NCBI RefSeq assembly: GCF_964204645.1
Contig: NC_134025.1
Span: 4,092,001-4,156,000, forward strand
Source of the DNA: Tubulanus polymorphus
Lineage: Eukaryota; Animalia; Nemertea
Direction: 5' to 3'
DNA: 64,000 bases
The notes beneath the pieces are model-generated. The model did not search any database. It had not been told where the DNA came from and saw only the letters and a program-made list of their open reading frames with translations. Below are positions 1 to 14,300 of this stretch, in pieces. The position numbers and the translations under genes were made by a program. Within the stretch, counting starts at the first letter, position 1; every line of letters begins with the position of its first letter.

Positions 1-1269
1 GTGGAAGATATATATAATCTCGCCTCGATGGAAATTTCACATTTTCGAATGAAACACAAACAACGACAAGCGTTCACAACTCCTAGAATACGATCTGCTA
101 GAGAAATACAGGACACGGAAATGAAACCGATGTACCAAAGTTATGAGATGTTAAAAGGAGATAATGAGAATGCAACTGAATGTAGCACTAGTCGATGTAG
201 CACTGCTTGCTCAATTGTGCTACCGAAGAGCGTCACTTGGGATGATCGTTCAACTACTGCGACATCTAATGCACCTCGTGGATTTCGAATCAACGATGGA
301 TACCTAGAATCACCCAGATCTCAGCCAGATAATCATACGCAGGTAGCGGGACGAAGTATTCTGAAATCGCACGACAGTATGACGCTAATCCGAAGCCGAT
401 CGGCTCAATCGATGGGTGCTCAATGCATTAGGTCTGAAAGCAGAGTAGATCCCGACCTGAAAGATCAAGTTAATCCTATTTCGAGACAAATCTGCGACGT
501 TCTCGGCCCGGTCGTCTGTCATATTTGCGGAAAAATCAAAACCAGAAGCCATTCCGTGGAAAGATGCGCGTCACAGTTTCCTAGTATTCATATATCTGAA
601 GATCACTTCAAAAAAGCTCTACTTCTCAGCAAACATATGCCAGGTTTAACGACAAAACAGTTACAGGAGAAAGTTGCCCACGGCGAAGTGTCGTTAGGTC
701 AATTGAAGAGCTGTTCTTCGAAACGAAAACCAAAACTAACAAATAATCGACCTAAGAAACAAAGGCGGTCTGTTGGACCTGACGGTACATCTTGGATGTT
801 TTTCAGGGATATTCGAGATCTTGACCACAGGATATCATCAGGCGTGATGGATAAAATGGCAGAAGCGATGCCAGAAATGTTTGGGGAGTACGTTCAAAAA
901 AGAAAAGATCGCATCAAAAAATCCTTGCAGCACCAAATCACCCCGCAGTATATGTCCGACGATGCGACACACATCAAGTCCAAATTTCCGTTGTATTATG
1001 AACCACCTATGCTGTCGATTGATGCTATTCGTGATCGAGCAAAACATGATTTCTTTGCCGATCAAAAAGGGAAGTACAAATTGCCCGAGCGACTACCGGA
1101 AAATATCATACCCCCCGAGGTAACAAAAGCTTTAGAGGATCTGTACGAACAGGTGAGACGCGATTCTGACGGTAACGATAAAACTATGGAGGATCTTGCA
1201 AAAAGACTGCGAGCCCTAACCACCAAGAGACAGCGGCCACCAATACAGTCACACGTCAAGAGTACGTGA
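1..1269 (+). CDS. 3' coding exon of an uncharacterised protein, 5'-truncated at the window edge
   Basis: 422-codon open frame from base 1 to TGA at 1267-1269, far longer than chance in AT-rich DNA. Ser/Arg/Lys-rich with one CxxC (CHIC); no family recognised. AATAAA near 1581. Confidence 0.7.
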   Translation: MEDIYNLASMEISHFRMKHKQRQAFTTPRIRSAREIQDTEMKPMYQSYEMLKGDNENATECSTSRCSTACSIVLPKSVTWDDRSTTATSNAPRGFRINDGYLESPRSQPDNHTQVAGRSILKSHDSMTLIRSRSAQSMGAQCIRSESRVDPDLKDQVNPISRQICDVLGPVVCHICGKIKTRSHSVERCASQFPSIHISEDHFKKALLLSKHMPGLTTKQLQEKVAHGEVSLGQLKSCSSKRKPKLTNNRPKKQRRSVGPDGTSWMFFRDIRDLDHRISSGVMDKMAEAMPEMFGEYVQKRKDRIKKSLQHQITPQYMSDDATHIKSKFPLYYEPPMLSIDAIRDRAKHDFFADQKGKYKLPERLPENIIPPEVTKALEDLYEQVRRDSDGNDKTMEDLAKRLRALTTKRQRPPIQSHVKST

Positions 1270-3998
1270 AATATGTGAAAATGCATCACTTCTAACGTGT
1301 CACCAGTATTACTTTCACAAACTATACCAGATTCAAGACAACTGTGATAAGCGTTTGTTTATACAGAGGTATTATATCCTGATAATGTTAATGACAAAGA
1401 AAAATTCAGAGTGAATTAGGATCTGGATATTTTTGCTGCTAGAATCATGAGACTTTTCACATGATCCACTATTACTCTGTATTCACACATACTTCAATAT
1501 TCAACTATGTATTTAAGTAAGACAATTAGAAATGATTCGAATTAATGCGTTAAACCAGTCAGTTAATATTGAATAATTTGAATAAAGATGGAACAGTGTA
1601 ATGGCAAAGACATACGCATGCAATTTGATGTATATACATATATGTCACGATTTACTTTCCCGTGAGGGGGTAATATAGCTTTTTTATCCTCGAAATGCCC
1701 TTCGGTATATCACGTTTGACGATTGAATTGGCAAACAAGATGTCAATTCGTGGCTGTTTCATTCCCCCACCAGTACACATTCAGCGCGCGAGTGGAGATT
1801 CTGCAGGCGTCGCCGATTTACGTTTTGCGTCAACAACCATCGGTTGTATGTTTACGCGCAAAAATGACCATTTCTACCAACGCGTTGTAAATGAGAAGGC
1901 AAAACAAACTCCCATTGCCGCTAGGCAATCAGTGATAGCCAAGCAAAGAGAATAGGTAAGCCTTTTTAGTTTTCACTAAATTATCCATAATACTTAAAGT
2001 GTGCGTTGAAATCATCGTTTTATATATTTAGAATTTTTTGCTGCATTTTTTTAAAATATCTGGTTTAATTTTTTAGAAGTCGTTATTGGCGGCTTAGAAA
2101 ACAATGTATATATAACTTAAGAGTTTTGAATTTATGATGAATATATTACTATTCTTATCAGAAAGTTCGTATTTTTGTGTAACTCTATTCTCAGAATACA
2201 GTGACAAAACGATACGTTTTTGTAAAGTCGAATGACTACGTACATTTGCAATCGGATTTGCTATTCCATTTTGTGCCGTAGGAGCAAACGACACATAGGC
2301 CACCAATTCCGGGGATATCACCAGCAACATTCGACCACAAAGGTGCAATTTATTTGTATAAATAGCCTTTATAACGAGCCGTTATACGGGGATTACACGA
2401 ACAAGATGGAAATGAACCGGGGTTATTTACTGATACGAGTGTGTTAGCATCGTATTATCCGGTATTTAAAAACTTAAACTGGTATGTTAGAAATGTTTAA
2501 CATGTATGTCTTTTTCCTCCGTTTCGGGTATTTCTTAATTTCGCGAAGAATTTAGATTTATAGTTTATTTCGCTTCTGGTCGATGGTGTTTTTTCACCTG
2601 TTCTATTCAGTGTATACCTTTTGTGTTGATTTTGACGAAAGCGAAAGATATGTAGACTTAAAGACATTGGTTTCAAATGACGAACTGCGAGAATGTAGAG
2701 ATAAGATAAACGGGTTGGAAGCTCTCATATTATTGTTTACCTTTATAGTCCTTTAACCAAGGACTCAAAAAACGAATCTTTCGCCGTGTTTCACGTACTT
2801 TCGTTTTTAAAGTCCATGCTTTAACCAGAGACTGATGAACCTTGTGTGAATACGTGATCAAATATCGACTTGCGACGAGTTTTATCATACAGCTAGCTAC
2901 TTATCCAAAATATAGGAAAAGGAAATTTAAGCTGAAGCTTTTTGCAATTTTTTCAATAAAAGGTCGCGGGTGTGCTTCTATCAAAACCATCCTAAATTTA
3001 GTTACAAAACCAGAACATTAAGATGCAGAATCAATCTCAATTCTGGATGTTATGTCTGATGTCGAAACCGTGGAAACCGCCCTAACTAATCTTCTTACCT
3101 GCATCTAATACTTAGCAATAGGTTACCATGGTGAAGTAGATATCCCTACGGATATTACTAAATGTTGGTAACGGATTTTTAACTCGAAATTTGATCTTTC
3201 CTTTCATCAGCTCATATATGCAGTTCAACAGGGGATAAGTTGGGCAAAATCTCTTCGGATCTGCTCGTTGCTAAGAAACCCTTTTCTAAGTTTTATTACA
3301 GTTGTGAACGAGAGATTCGTGCACACATGTTTTTGGATGGAATTGAATTTTTGATGATTGCTTAATTGATTTACGCTCGTATGCAAATGGAAGTACCCAG
3401 GAATATCGGCGGTAGCAGACTGACCGAGTTTGCATGCCCTACGGAGTATTTGTACAGATGAATAATTCGCAAGGGTGTAGTCTCATTCCAGACCATAAAT
3501 CAGTCGAGTTTATCAACTCATCCGATCTGAATACAAGAACATCTTTACCTTTCTTTGATACAATACGATATTCAAATAAGAAAGTCTAAGGCAACTACAC
3601 ACAATGAGTTGCTGCTGATTTAATCATTTTTGATGTCAGACATAAAATTATTGATGAATAATTGTCTGGAGAATTTTTTAAAGACATAAAAAGCTAATGA
3701 ATTATTTCATTCTTCTCAGCCACCCCTCTACGGCTACATCATTAATTTCAAGCGACAGACGTGATCTGGTTTACCCTTCTGTCAACCACTATAACACTAG
3801 CAATAAGCCTCGTTGGGTCCTTTTCTATTTGATCTAGGCTTTTCCTATGACACATTTCTTGACATGACAAATCGGTCGCCACACGTTTGCCCGATAATAC
3901 AAACATTCAACGCGTAAAATGGCTTTTTGTGCCATTTCATCCTGAATGATTGCTAAGATTTGATGAATATTTTTTTCTTTCTTAGTTTCAGAGGAAAT

Positions 3999-4712
3999 AT
4001 GGCGACGTCAGATAGTAGTTATGATCATGTGCATAATTCTAGCGATATCATCCAGAACGACGATCACCCGGCTGTCGTCGCAGACGAGGAATACAACTAC
4101 GATGACGACTGCGACGTTGAAGAGAAATCTGAGTACGGAGAGCCAATAAGTAGCGAAGAATACAGAGACAGGAAACGCAGACGAAATTTCAGAAAGCGAG
4201 CTATGTACATAGGTGCAACATTAGTTGTCATATCGGCTGGTATCGTAATATTGGACGGGATTTTGTACACGGACAGTGTGTTTATCGAATGGCCAATTGA
4301 CTCATTTTGGCCGAGTATATTTTGTCTGTCAGCGGGAATTTCTACTATCATCGTTGCTTCCAAGTCGAGGCTCTGGGCTTACAGTACATCGTTGGTCGTT
4401 TGCACCGTTCAATGTTTAGCTGCAATTTTCTCAATCGTCGCTACGTCGATAGAACTTGACCAGGAAGTCGGAATCTACAGAGCGATGACCCAGAGCATGC
4501 AACACGATGATAACTACCACGTTAAACGCGGTCATTTGATCACAGATATTACAGTTCTGTCGTCTAAAATAATAGTTGTAGTTTTGTCGCTTTTGGGATG
4601 TGCCGTTCAAACAGCCATGTGCATTCCATATGTGTGTTGTAAACGTTCTGATGGAAAAAGTATCTCCTACGCACCAGTTACTCTACAAAACACGTCCAAA
4701 GCAAATGTGTAA
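3999..4712 (+). CDS. CD20/MS4A-like four-transmembrane protein (single coding exon)
   Basis: ATG at 3999 shortly after acceptor tttcag (3991). Acidic N-terminal tail, four hydrophobic segments, an MS4A-like TM2 (FWPSIFCLSAGISTI), a juxtamembrane CC and a YxxV motif in the tail. A possible 5'UTR exon ends at 1955 (AG|gtaag). Confidence 0.6.
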   Translation: MATSDSSYDHVHNSSDIIQNDDHPAVVADEEYNYDDDCDVEEKSEYGEPISSEEYRDRKRRRNFRKRAMYIGATLVVISAGIVILDGILYTDSVFIEWPIDSFWPSIFCLSAGISTIIVASKSRLWAYSTSLVVCTVQCLAAIFSIVATSIELDQEVGIYRAMTQSMQHDDNYHVKRGHLITDITVLSSKIIVVVLSLLGCAVQTAMCIPYVCCKRSDGKSISYAPVTLQNTSKANV

Positions 4713-5308
4713 TCTGCGCTGTCGAGGAAATCATAATGACATTTTCTATCGATGCGATTCGAATTGACGAATGCCTCGCAAAAATGCCATGGCAAGAATC
4801 CAAGAAATTTTTGAGCTGGAACATCACGACATACCGAAAAAACTAATTATCTTCATGTTATATAGATTTATGACATTATCCGTTTTGATACCTCGGAAAT
4901 GTAAATAGTCGTTTAAAATTTCAGTCGTTACAGTAAACGAATAATCTCGTTTAAAAGCTTTTTTTCAATGTTTCAATTCAAATTTAATCCTGAATCATTA
5001 TGACACGATCAAATTAGTTCCTGCAACTATTGGAATCCATTGGGAAATGAAACCGGTTCGACTACATATTACTGATGGTCCATAAAGTTTGTTATCGTGT
5101 AATAGATGCAATTTATTATTCAGTTTGTAATCACCGCATGGAACACAGATCATTTGATGAAAACAGAAGCGGCATTTGATAATTCGCATCTCGATTACAA
5201 AATTAGACGAAAAATTTTCAGTCAGATAGCAGACACCATTAAGCTGTCAGTCCATATTTGGTACGGCATTTCTAACCAAACTGAGTTTCGCGGTGATTTT
5301 TTTTACCG

Positions 5309-8300
5309 CTAAGCTGAAAATAAATGTACGAAAGACGAAATCAAATATGGAAATAAATGCAAGGCATTATTTTAAAAAAACCGGAGATATTTACGTTCAC
5401 AATATCCCCAGTATAAGTTTGTATCGAAATCAGTAACCGTTCCACACCACGTGCGACCTGTTATTCCTGCTATGCAATGGTCGTAACTTTTTCCTTGATA
5501 AATGAAAGGGAATGCACACGTCGCTAGCGGATCATTGCCACCATAAACCTTCAAGTGACCTGAAATGATCATTTACAATTTCCTTTAAAGTATTCTGACT
5601 ATAGTTTCGATAGATTGACTGTACGATCATAGGTCTGGGATCTATACATACTGCTGCAATAGCCCCATTTGAAATCCTTGTCGTAATTTGGGGTAACTGC
5701 ACACCAGGGTCTTTTGGCGTCCATAGGAATACATCGAGTTCTCGGTGTCCCCTTGTATATAAATGGAAATGTACACGGAGCACCTTTCGAATTCCCATTC
5801 TCTGTTTTATCACCTAATGAATTATACAGTATCATATTAGGAAAAGATGAGTTAACAGAATGAAACAGTAATTTTTGGTCCAGTGAACTTTTTTCTACCG
5901 TATTTGTAACAACCAACGTCTGGATGATACCCGTCATATTTGGTTTTATCGCATGTGCATTCGTAGGCAGAAGGATCCGTCTTAGAAATGACACACGTTG
6001 CTGTACCTTTACAAGGGTTTGGTCGACACACACCCTGAGCTAAAGAATTGATATAGAGAGTTTATTGAGATGATATGGAAAATAGTATTTAACTACTAAG
6101 AGTTATCATACTTCAATCAACTACAGAAAATTTAGATTACCATCATCACAGAAATCTCCGTGAAATCCGTCTCTACAAATACATTTCACTTTAGCGCCAA
6201 CGGTTTGACAATTGCCTTGGTTTTTACATGGATTTGGTGTACACAAATCTACAACCGAATCGAATACAACGTATTAACGTTCATATATCATATGTTCAAG
6301 TTTTTTTTCTAAAGACGATAATTTGCTTCTTACCGCAGTCTGTTTTCTTGATACATTCCGTTCCTGCGAGAACATATCCATCATCACATTTACAACCAGC
6401 GACATTTCCGATTGGACACGAATTTATTTGCGATTGAGTGCAGGTTGGTTGACATGCTGACATACTGCCTTCAAAATGGCTATTCGGTGGACATTTCATC
6501 GCTGCGGAAAAAGATTGTACACTATTCTAGTTTTTCCACTCAAAGCAATATTTTCAATTCAATATTCGAAGCTAAGGTCTTATAATTATACTCGATAACT
6601 TCATGTGTCTCGGAAGATATGTTTTTTTATTTCTACACTTACGACATAAAGATGCTGATCGCCAGGCTTTGACAGGTAACTTTTTAGAGAGACATGTGTT
6701 TTCTAGAGTCTGCAAAGCCTCGCAGATGTATTGCACGTCACCACTGGAAGCGCAGGCGTCGAACACACAGTTGTCAAACATGGTTAAACTATCGATATCT
6801 TTATGCTTGATGCAATCTTTAAACGGACCGTGCACATCGTTGATGAAGCCACATTTATCTTTTCCTTTGTAAATATCTTTTACACACTCGAATGGCGGTA
6901 TTGGCGTTGTACACCTGGTTGAGGGAAACAAATAGATAACATTAGATGAATTCCTACCATGTATTTAATTTTATGTCAGCTATACTCACTCCTTGAGTAC
7001 GGCGTCAGGATCGGGTACCATGCAATTGCTTCCGACCTTATATTTTTGTTTTCGTGCCCTCGCGTTGTATATGTCACCGATATGATCACCTTGGCTACAG
7101 ACAGTCCAATCGTCGGTACGATTCTGGTTACAATTCCCGCAAAGTCCGCCTAGTTTCCCGTTATACGCATTCGGACTGTGCATTTTGATATTGACGATGT
7201 TTCGAGTTTTAAAAGAGACTGTAAATCCGCATTTAGAACTCGTCACAAATACAGCGTTTCTAGTTTGAGTTCTGATTGAGAGATGGTCTGGTAAACCAGT
7301 TATAGGATGTGCTCGCAATTCACCATTTATCTTAGAGAAAAAAAGAACTTTCATTAGCTTTGATACAATGCAAATAGATTGGATAGGTTTGATATTATCC
7401 TTTCTCGATAAACTTACCCAAACTTTACTGTTGGCAGCGAGCCTGATGTTCAAACCATCAACTGTCACTTCGATGTACTTTGTTTCGGAAACCATAGGGT
7501 GTTTAGCTAGTCTCTGGTTTTTGCCGACGATGCGGAATTTACAGGAGCCATCGCTATTTCCGGGATAATCTACGAGTATGTATTTACATGGGCCTTGGAA
7601 ATCGAACTTCAATCCATCAAAACTTGTGTAGTGCGGATCACCATGCATTGTACACGTACTAGAACACTGGGTAGCTAAAATACAAGGGTTAGTTATCTAA
7701 TACCACAAGAGAATTATAGTCGGGGGTATAGCCTCTACTTACATATGCATCCTAATTCTTCGTCATATTCTTTGTCCTTTGGACAGACACATCTGAACGA
7801 TGATTTTCCTGGATTTCGCTGACACGTGGCCTCTTGCCCTTTACATGGTTTAGCATCGCACGGATCTGGCACTATAAAATGGATTTTCTTCCATTTATAG
7901 ATGATCTTTATTTATGATATATTTTAGGTTCTAACTGTTTGGGAGAGAACATCGGACTTACAGATACATCCCAATTTTTCATCATATTTGTGACTAGTAG
8001 ATGTACATTGACATTTTCTTTCACCGTTATTTTCCGAACAAACAACATCTTTTCCAACGCAAGGTTTCAATTGACACTGATCTAGAAATATCAAGATCAA
8101 GTCCAATCCAAAACATATTGTTTCTGGATTATTTCAGTGTATTTCCTCGTGAAATATTGCGCATTTTTTAATGTTGTTCATATTTACTTCCTAGATCTAG
8201 AAATCAAACAAATGAACACTTACTGAGACACCCGCGTTTTGGATCATATACATGAAAAGAACTACACAGACACTTGTAACCACCACTTTCCTTCGGAAGA

Positions 8301-11300
8301 CACGTCGAACCCTCCAAACAAGGGAAATTCATGCAGTCATTCCAGTCTGAAATATTTTTCAAAAATAATTTAAATGATGTAATTCATCAACTAATTGATC
8401 TATCAAATTCAAACTATTCAAGAACTTGCCTATGCAACCTTTCACTTTATCATAAATCTGATTGTCACGAGTGCATGAACATTTGAATTGTTTGCCAGTT
8501 GTTGGTTCGCAAATAGCATCACCTCCACAAGGATTATCCATACAAGGATGCCATTCTGAAAACACAAATACACACGCAGTTCAATATGATGAAACAATAA
8601 TTTGTTAAGGAGTAATTTCAGATTTTTTACCGATACATCCTTTGTTGGGATCGTAAACCATTCCAGTAGCACAAGTACACTGATATTTTCCATCCGGTAG
8701 GGGATTGCATTTTGCACCAGACTTACAGGGTTTTGGGGTACAACCATTTTTTTCTGAAACACGATGTGAAACACGCATGACATATATTTATGAGAAAATA
8801 TATTCTGCCTTATTGCTATCAGAACTTTCAAATGGAAATATCAACATGTGATAGATGCTTACGAACACAACCGATATTCTCCTCGTAGATCTCATTGTCA
8901 CCCCCGCAGATACATTCACGTGTCTGTCCATCAGGCGAAGGCTCACAATCAGCATCACCAGCGCAAGGCTTCATGGCACATATATCATTATCTGGATGGT
9001 AAATACAGCGTCTAATGCAGTATATGATATGAAAAGTTTGAATAACATAATTAGTAAAATCGGATTACCTCTATCACAAAGATCTCCGTAAAATCCGTCT
9101 CTGCAAACACATTTAACTTTACCGCCAACGGTTTGACAATCGCCTTGGTTTTTACATGGGTTTGGTGTACACAAATCTACAACCGAATCGAATACGTTTT
9201 AAAATCAAAAACATATTTTCAAGTTTATTTTCTTAAAAAGATTGTCTACTATTGTTTGCTTCTTTATTTGCTTCTCACCGCAGTCTGTTTTCTTGATACA
9301 TTCCGTGCCTGCGAGAACATATCCATCATCACATTTACAACCAGCGACATTTCCGATTGGACACGAATTTATTTGCGATTGAGTGCAGGTTGGTTGACAT
9401 GCTGACATACTGCCTTCAAAATGGCTATTCGGTGGACATTTCATGGCTACAAAAAATGAAATTTCTTTCGTTTAAGATTTAAACTCAAAGCAATATTTCC
9501 AATTAAGTATTGAAAATTATAAGCGGAAAAAGAATTCATGTCAAAGATATTACTTCATGCATCAATCGTGGAAGATGTCCGATAACTAAATGTGTATTGG
9601 AAGATATACTATTTATTTCTACACTTACGACATAAAGATGCTGATCGCCAGGGTTTGACAGGTAACTTTTTAGAGAGACATGTGTTTTCTAGAGTCTGCA
9701 AAGCCTCGCAGATGTATTGCACGTCACCAATGGAAGCGCAGGCGTCGAACACACAGTTGTCAAACATGGTTAAACTATCGATATCTTTATGCTTGATGCA
9801 ATCTTTAAACGGACCGTGCACATCGTTGATGAAGCCACATTTATCTTTTCCTTTGTAAATATCTTTTACACACTCGAATGGAGGTATTGGCGTTGTACAC
9901 CTGGTTGAGGGAAACAAATAGATAAAATTAGATGAATTCTTACCATATATTTAATTTTATGTCAGCTATACTCACTCCTTGAGTACGGCGTCAGGATCGG
10001 GTACCATGCAATTGCTTCCGACCTTATATTTTTGTTTTCGTGCCCTCGCGTTGTATATGTCACCGATATGATCACCTTGGCTACAGACAGTCCAATCGTC
10101 GGTACGATTCTTGTTACAATTCCCGCAAAGTCCGCCTAGTTTCCCGTTATACGCATTCGGACTGTGCATTTTGATATTGACGATGTTTCGAGTTTTAAAA
10201 GAGACTGTAAATCCGCATTTAGAACTCGTCACAAATACAGCGTTTCTAGTTTGAGTTCTGATTGAGAGATGGTCTGGTAAACCAGTTATAGGATGTGCTC
10301 GCAATTCACCATTTATCTTAGAGAAAAAAAGAACTTTCATTAGCTTTGATACAATGCAAATAGATTGGATAGGTTTGATATTATCCTTTCTCGATAAACT
10401 TACCCAAACTTTACTGTTGGCAGCGAGCCTGATGTTCAAACCATCAACTGTCACTTCGATGTACTTTGTTTCGGAAACCATAGGGTGTTTAGCTAGTCTC
10501 TGGTTTTTGCCGACGATGCGGAATTTACAGGAGCCATCGCTATTTCCGGGATAATCTACGAGTATGTATTTACATGGGCCTTGGAAATCGAACTTCAATC
10601 CATCAAAACTTGTGTAGTGCGGATCACCATGCATTGTACACGTACTAGAACACTGGGTAGCTAAAATACAAGGGTTAGTTATCTAATACCACAAGAGAAT
10701 TATAGTCGGGGGTATAGCCTCTACTTACATATGCATCCTAATTCTTCGTCATATTCTTTGTCCTTTGGACAGACACATCTGAACGATGATTTTCCTGGAT
10801 TTCGCTGACACGTGGCCTCTTGCCCTTTACATGGTTTAGCATCGCACGGATCTGGCACTATAAAATGGATTTTCTTCCATTTATAGATGATCTTTATTTA
10901 TGATATATTTTAGGTTCTAACTGTTTGGGAGAGAACATCGGACTTACAGATACATCCCAATTTTTCATCATATTTGTGACTAGTAGATGTACATTGACAT
11001 TTTCTTTCACCGTTATTTTCCGAACAAACAACATCTTTTCCAACGCAAGGTTTCAATTGACACTGATCTAGAAATATCAAGATCAAGTCCAATCCAAAAC
11101 ATATTGTTTCTGGATTATTTCAGTGTATTTCCTCGTGAAATATTGCGCATTTTTTAATGTTGTTCATATTTACTTCCTAGATCTAGAAATCAAACAAATG
11201 AACACTTACTGAGACACCCGCGTTTTGGATCATATACATGAAAAGAACTACACAGACACTTGTAACCACCACTTTCCTTCGGAAGACACGTCGAACCCTC

Positions 11301-14300
11301 CAAACAAGGGAAATTCATGCAGTCATTCCAGTCTGAAATATTTTTCAAAAATAATTTAAATGATGTAATTCATCAACTAATTGATCTATCAAATTCAAAC
11401 TATTCAAGAACTTGCCTATGCAACCTTTCACTTTATCATAAATCTGATTGTCACGAGTGCATGAACATTTGAATTGTTTGCCAGTTGTTGGTTCGCAAAT
11501 AGCATCACCTCCACAAGGATTATCCATACAAGGATGCCATTCTGAAAACACAAATACACACGCAGTTCAATATGATGAAACAATAATTTGTTAAGGAGTA
11601 ATTTCAGATTTTTTACCGATACATCCTTTGTTGGGATCGTAAACCATTCCAGTAGCACAAGTACACTGATATTTTCCATCCGGTAGGGGATTGCATTTTG
11701 CACCAGACTTACAGGGTTTTGGGGTACAACCATTTTTTTCTGAAACACGATGTGAAACACGCATGACATATATTTATGAGAAAATATATTCTGCCTTATT
11801 GCTATCAGAACTTTCAAATGGAAATATCAACATGTGATAGATGCTTACGAACACAACCGATATTCTCCTCGTAGATCTCATTGTCACCCCCGCAGATACA
11901 TTCACGTGTCTGTCCATCAGGCGAAGGCTCACAATCAGCATCACCAGCGCAAGGCTTCATGGCACATATATCATTATCTGGATGGTAAATACAGCGTCTA
12001 ATGCAGTATATGATATGAAAAGTTTGAATAACATAATTAGTAAAATCGGATTACCTCTATCACAAAGATCTCCGTAAAATCCGTCTCTGCAAACACATTT
12101 AACTTTACCGCCAACGGTTTGACAATCGCCTTGGTTTTTACATGGGTTTGGTGTACACAAATCTACAACCGAATCGAATACGTTTTAAAATCAAAAACAT
12201 ATTTTCAAGTTTATTTTCTTAAAAAGATTGTCTACTATTGTTTGCTTCTTTATTTGCTTCTCACCGCAGTCTGTTTTCTTGATACATTCCGTGCCTGCGA
12301 GAACATATCCATCATCACATTTACAACCAGCGACATTTCCGATTGGACACGAATTTATTTGCGATTGAGTGCAGGTTGGTTGACATGCTGACATACTGCC
12401 TTCAAAATGGCTATTCGGTGGACATTTCATGGCTACAAAAAATGAAATTTCTTTCGTTTAAGATTTAAACTCAAAGCAATATTTCCAATTAAGTATTGAA
12501 AATTATAAGCGGAAAAAGAATTCATGTCAAAGATATTACTTCATGCATCAATCGTGGAAGATGTCCGATAACTAAATGTGTATTGGAAGATATACTATTT
12601 ATTTCTACACTTACGACATAAAGATGCTGATCGCCAGGGTTTGACAGGTAACTTTTTAGAGAGACATGTGTTTTCTAGAGTCTGCAAAGCCTCGCAGATG
12701 TATTGCACGTCACCAATGGAAGCGCAGGCGTCGAACACACAGTTGTCAAACATGGTTAAACTATCGATATCTTTATGCTTGATGCAATCTTTAAACGGAC
12801 CGTGCACATCGTTGATGAAGCCACATTTATCTTTTCCTTTGTAAATATCTTTTACACACTCGAATGGAGGTATTGGCGTTGTACACCTGGTTGAGGGAAA
12901 CAAATAGATAAAATTAGATGAATTCTTACCATATATTTAATTTTATGTCAGCTATACTCACTCCTTGAGTACGGCGTCAGGATCGGGTACCATGCAATTG
13001 CTTCCGACCTTATATTTTTGTTTTCGTGCCCTCGCGTTGTATATGTCACCGATATGATCACCTTGGCTACAGACAGTCCAATCGTCGGTACGATTCTTGT
13101 TACAATTCCCGCAAAGTCCGCCTAGTTTCCCGTTATACGCATTCGGACTGTGCATTTTGATATTGACGATGTTTCGAGTTTTAAAAGAGACTGTAAATCC
13201 GCATTTAGAACTCGTCACAAATACAGCGTTTCTAGTTTGAGTTCTGATTGAGAGATGGTCTGGTAAACCAGTTACAGGGTGCGCTCGCAATTCACCATTT
13301 ATCTTCGAGAAAAATGAACTTTCATTAGCTTCGATACAATGCAAATAGATTGGATAGGTTTGATTTTATTCTTTCTTACCCAAACATTACTGTTGGCAGC
13401 GAGCCTGATGATCAAACCATCAACTGTCACTTCGATGTACTTTGTTTCAGAAACTTTTGGGTTTCTAGGTAGTCTCTGGTTTTTGCCGACGATACGGAAT
13501 TTACAGGAGCCATCGCTATTTCCGGGATAATCTACGAGTATGTATTTACATGGGCCTTGGAAATCGAACTTCAATCCATCAAAACTTGTGTAGTGCGGAT
13601 CACCATGCATTGTACACGTACTAGAACACTGAGTAGCTAAAATTCAGATTATTCATTACACAAGACAATCTTATTCTAATAGATAACAGGAGTATGTACA
13701 GACTTAACTTACTTATACATCCTAATTCCTCGTCATATTCTTTACCCTTTGGACAGACACATCTGAACGATGATTTTCCTGGATTTCGCTGACACGTGGC
13801 CTCTTTCCCCTTACACGGATTAGCATCGCACGGATCTGGCACTATAAAATGGATTTTCTTCCATTTCTAGATCATTTTATATAATCAATTTTCAGATTCT
13901 AACTGTTTGGGAGAGAACATCGGACTTACAGATACATCCCAATTTTTCATCATATTTGTGACTAGTAGATGTACATTGACATTTTCTTTCGCCGTTATTT
14001 TCCGAACAAATAACATCTTTTCCAACGCAAGGTTTCAATTGACACTGATCTAGAAATATCAAGATCAAGTCCAAATCAAAACATATTGTTTCTGGATTAT
14101 TTCAGTGTATTCCCTTGTGAAATATTGCGCATTTCTTAATGTTGTACATATTTACTTCCTAGATCTAGAAATCAAACAAATGAACACTTACTGAGACACC
14201 CGCGTTTTGGATCATATACATGAAAAGAACTACACAGACACTTGTAGCCACCACCTTCGTTCGGAAGACACGTCGAACCCTCCAAACAAGGGAAATTCAT

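Noticed and set aside
1695-2447. Short ORFs between the first gene and the MS4A-like gene
   Set aside because: No protein features; the region looks like a promoter, non-coding first exon and intron.
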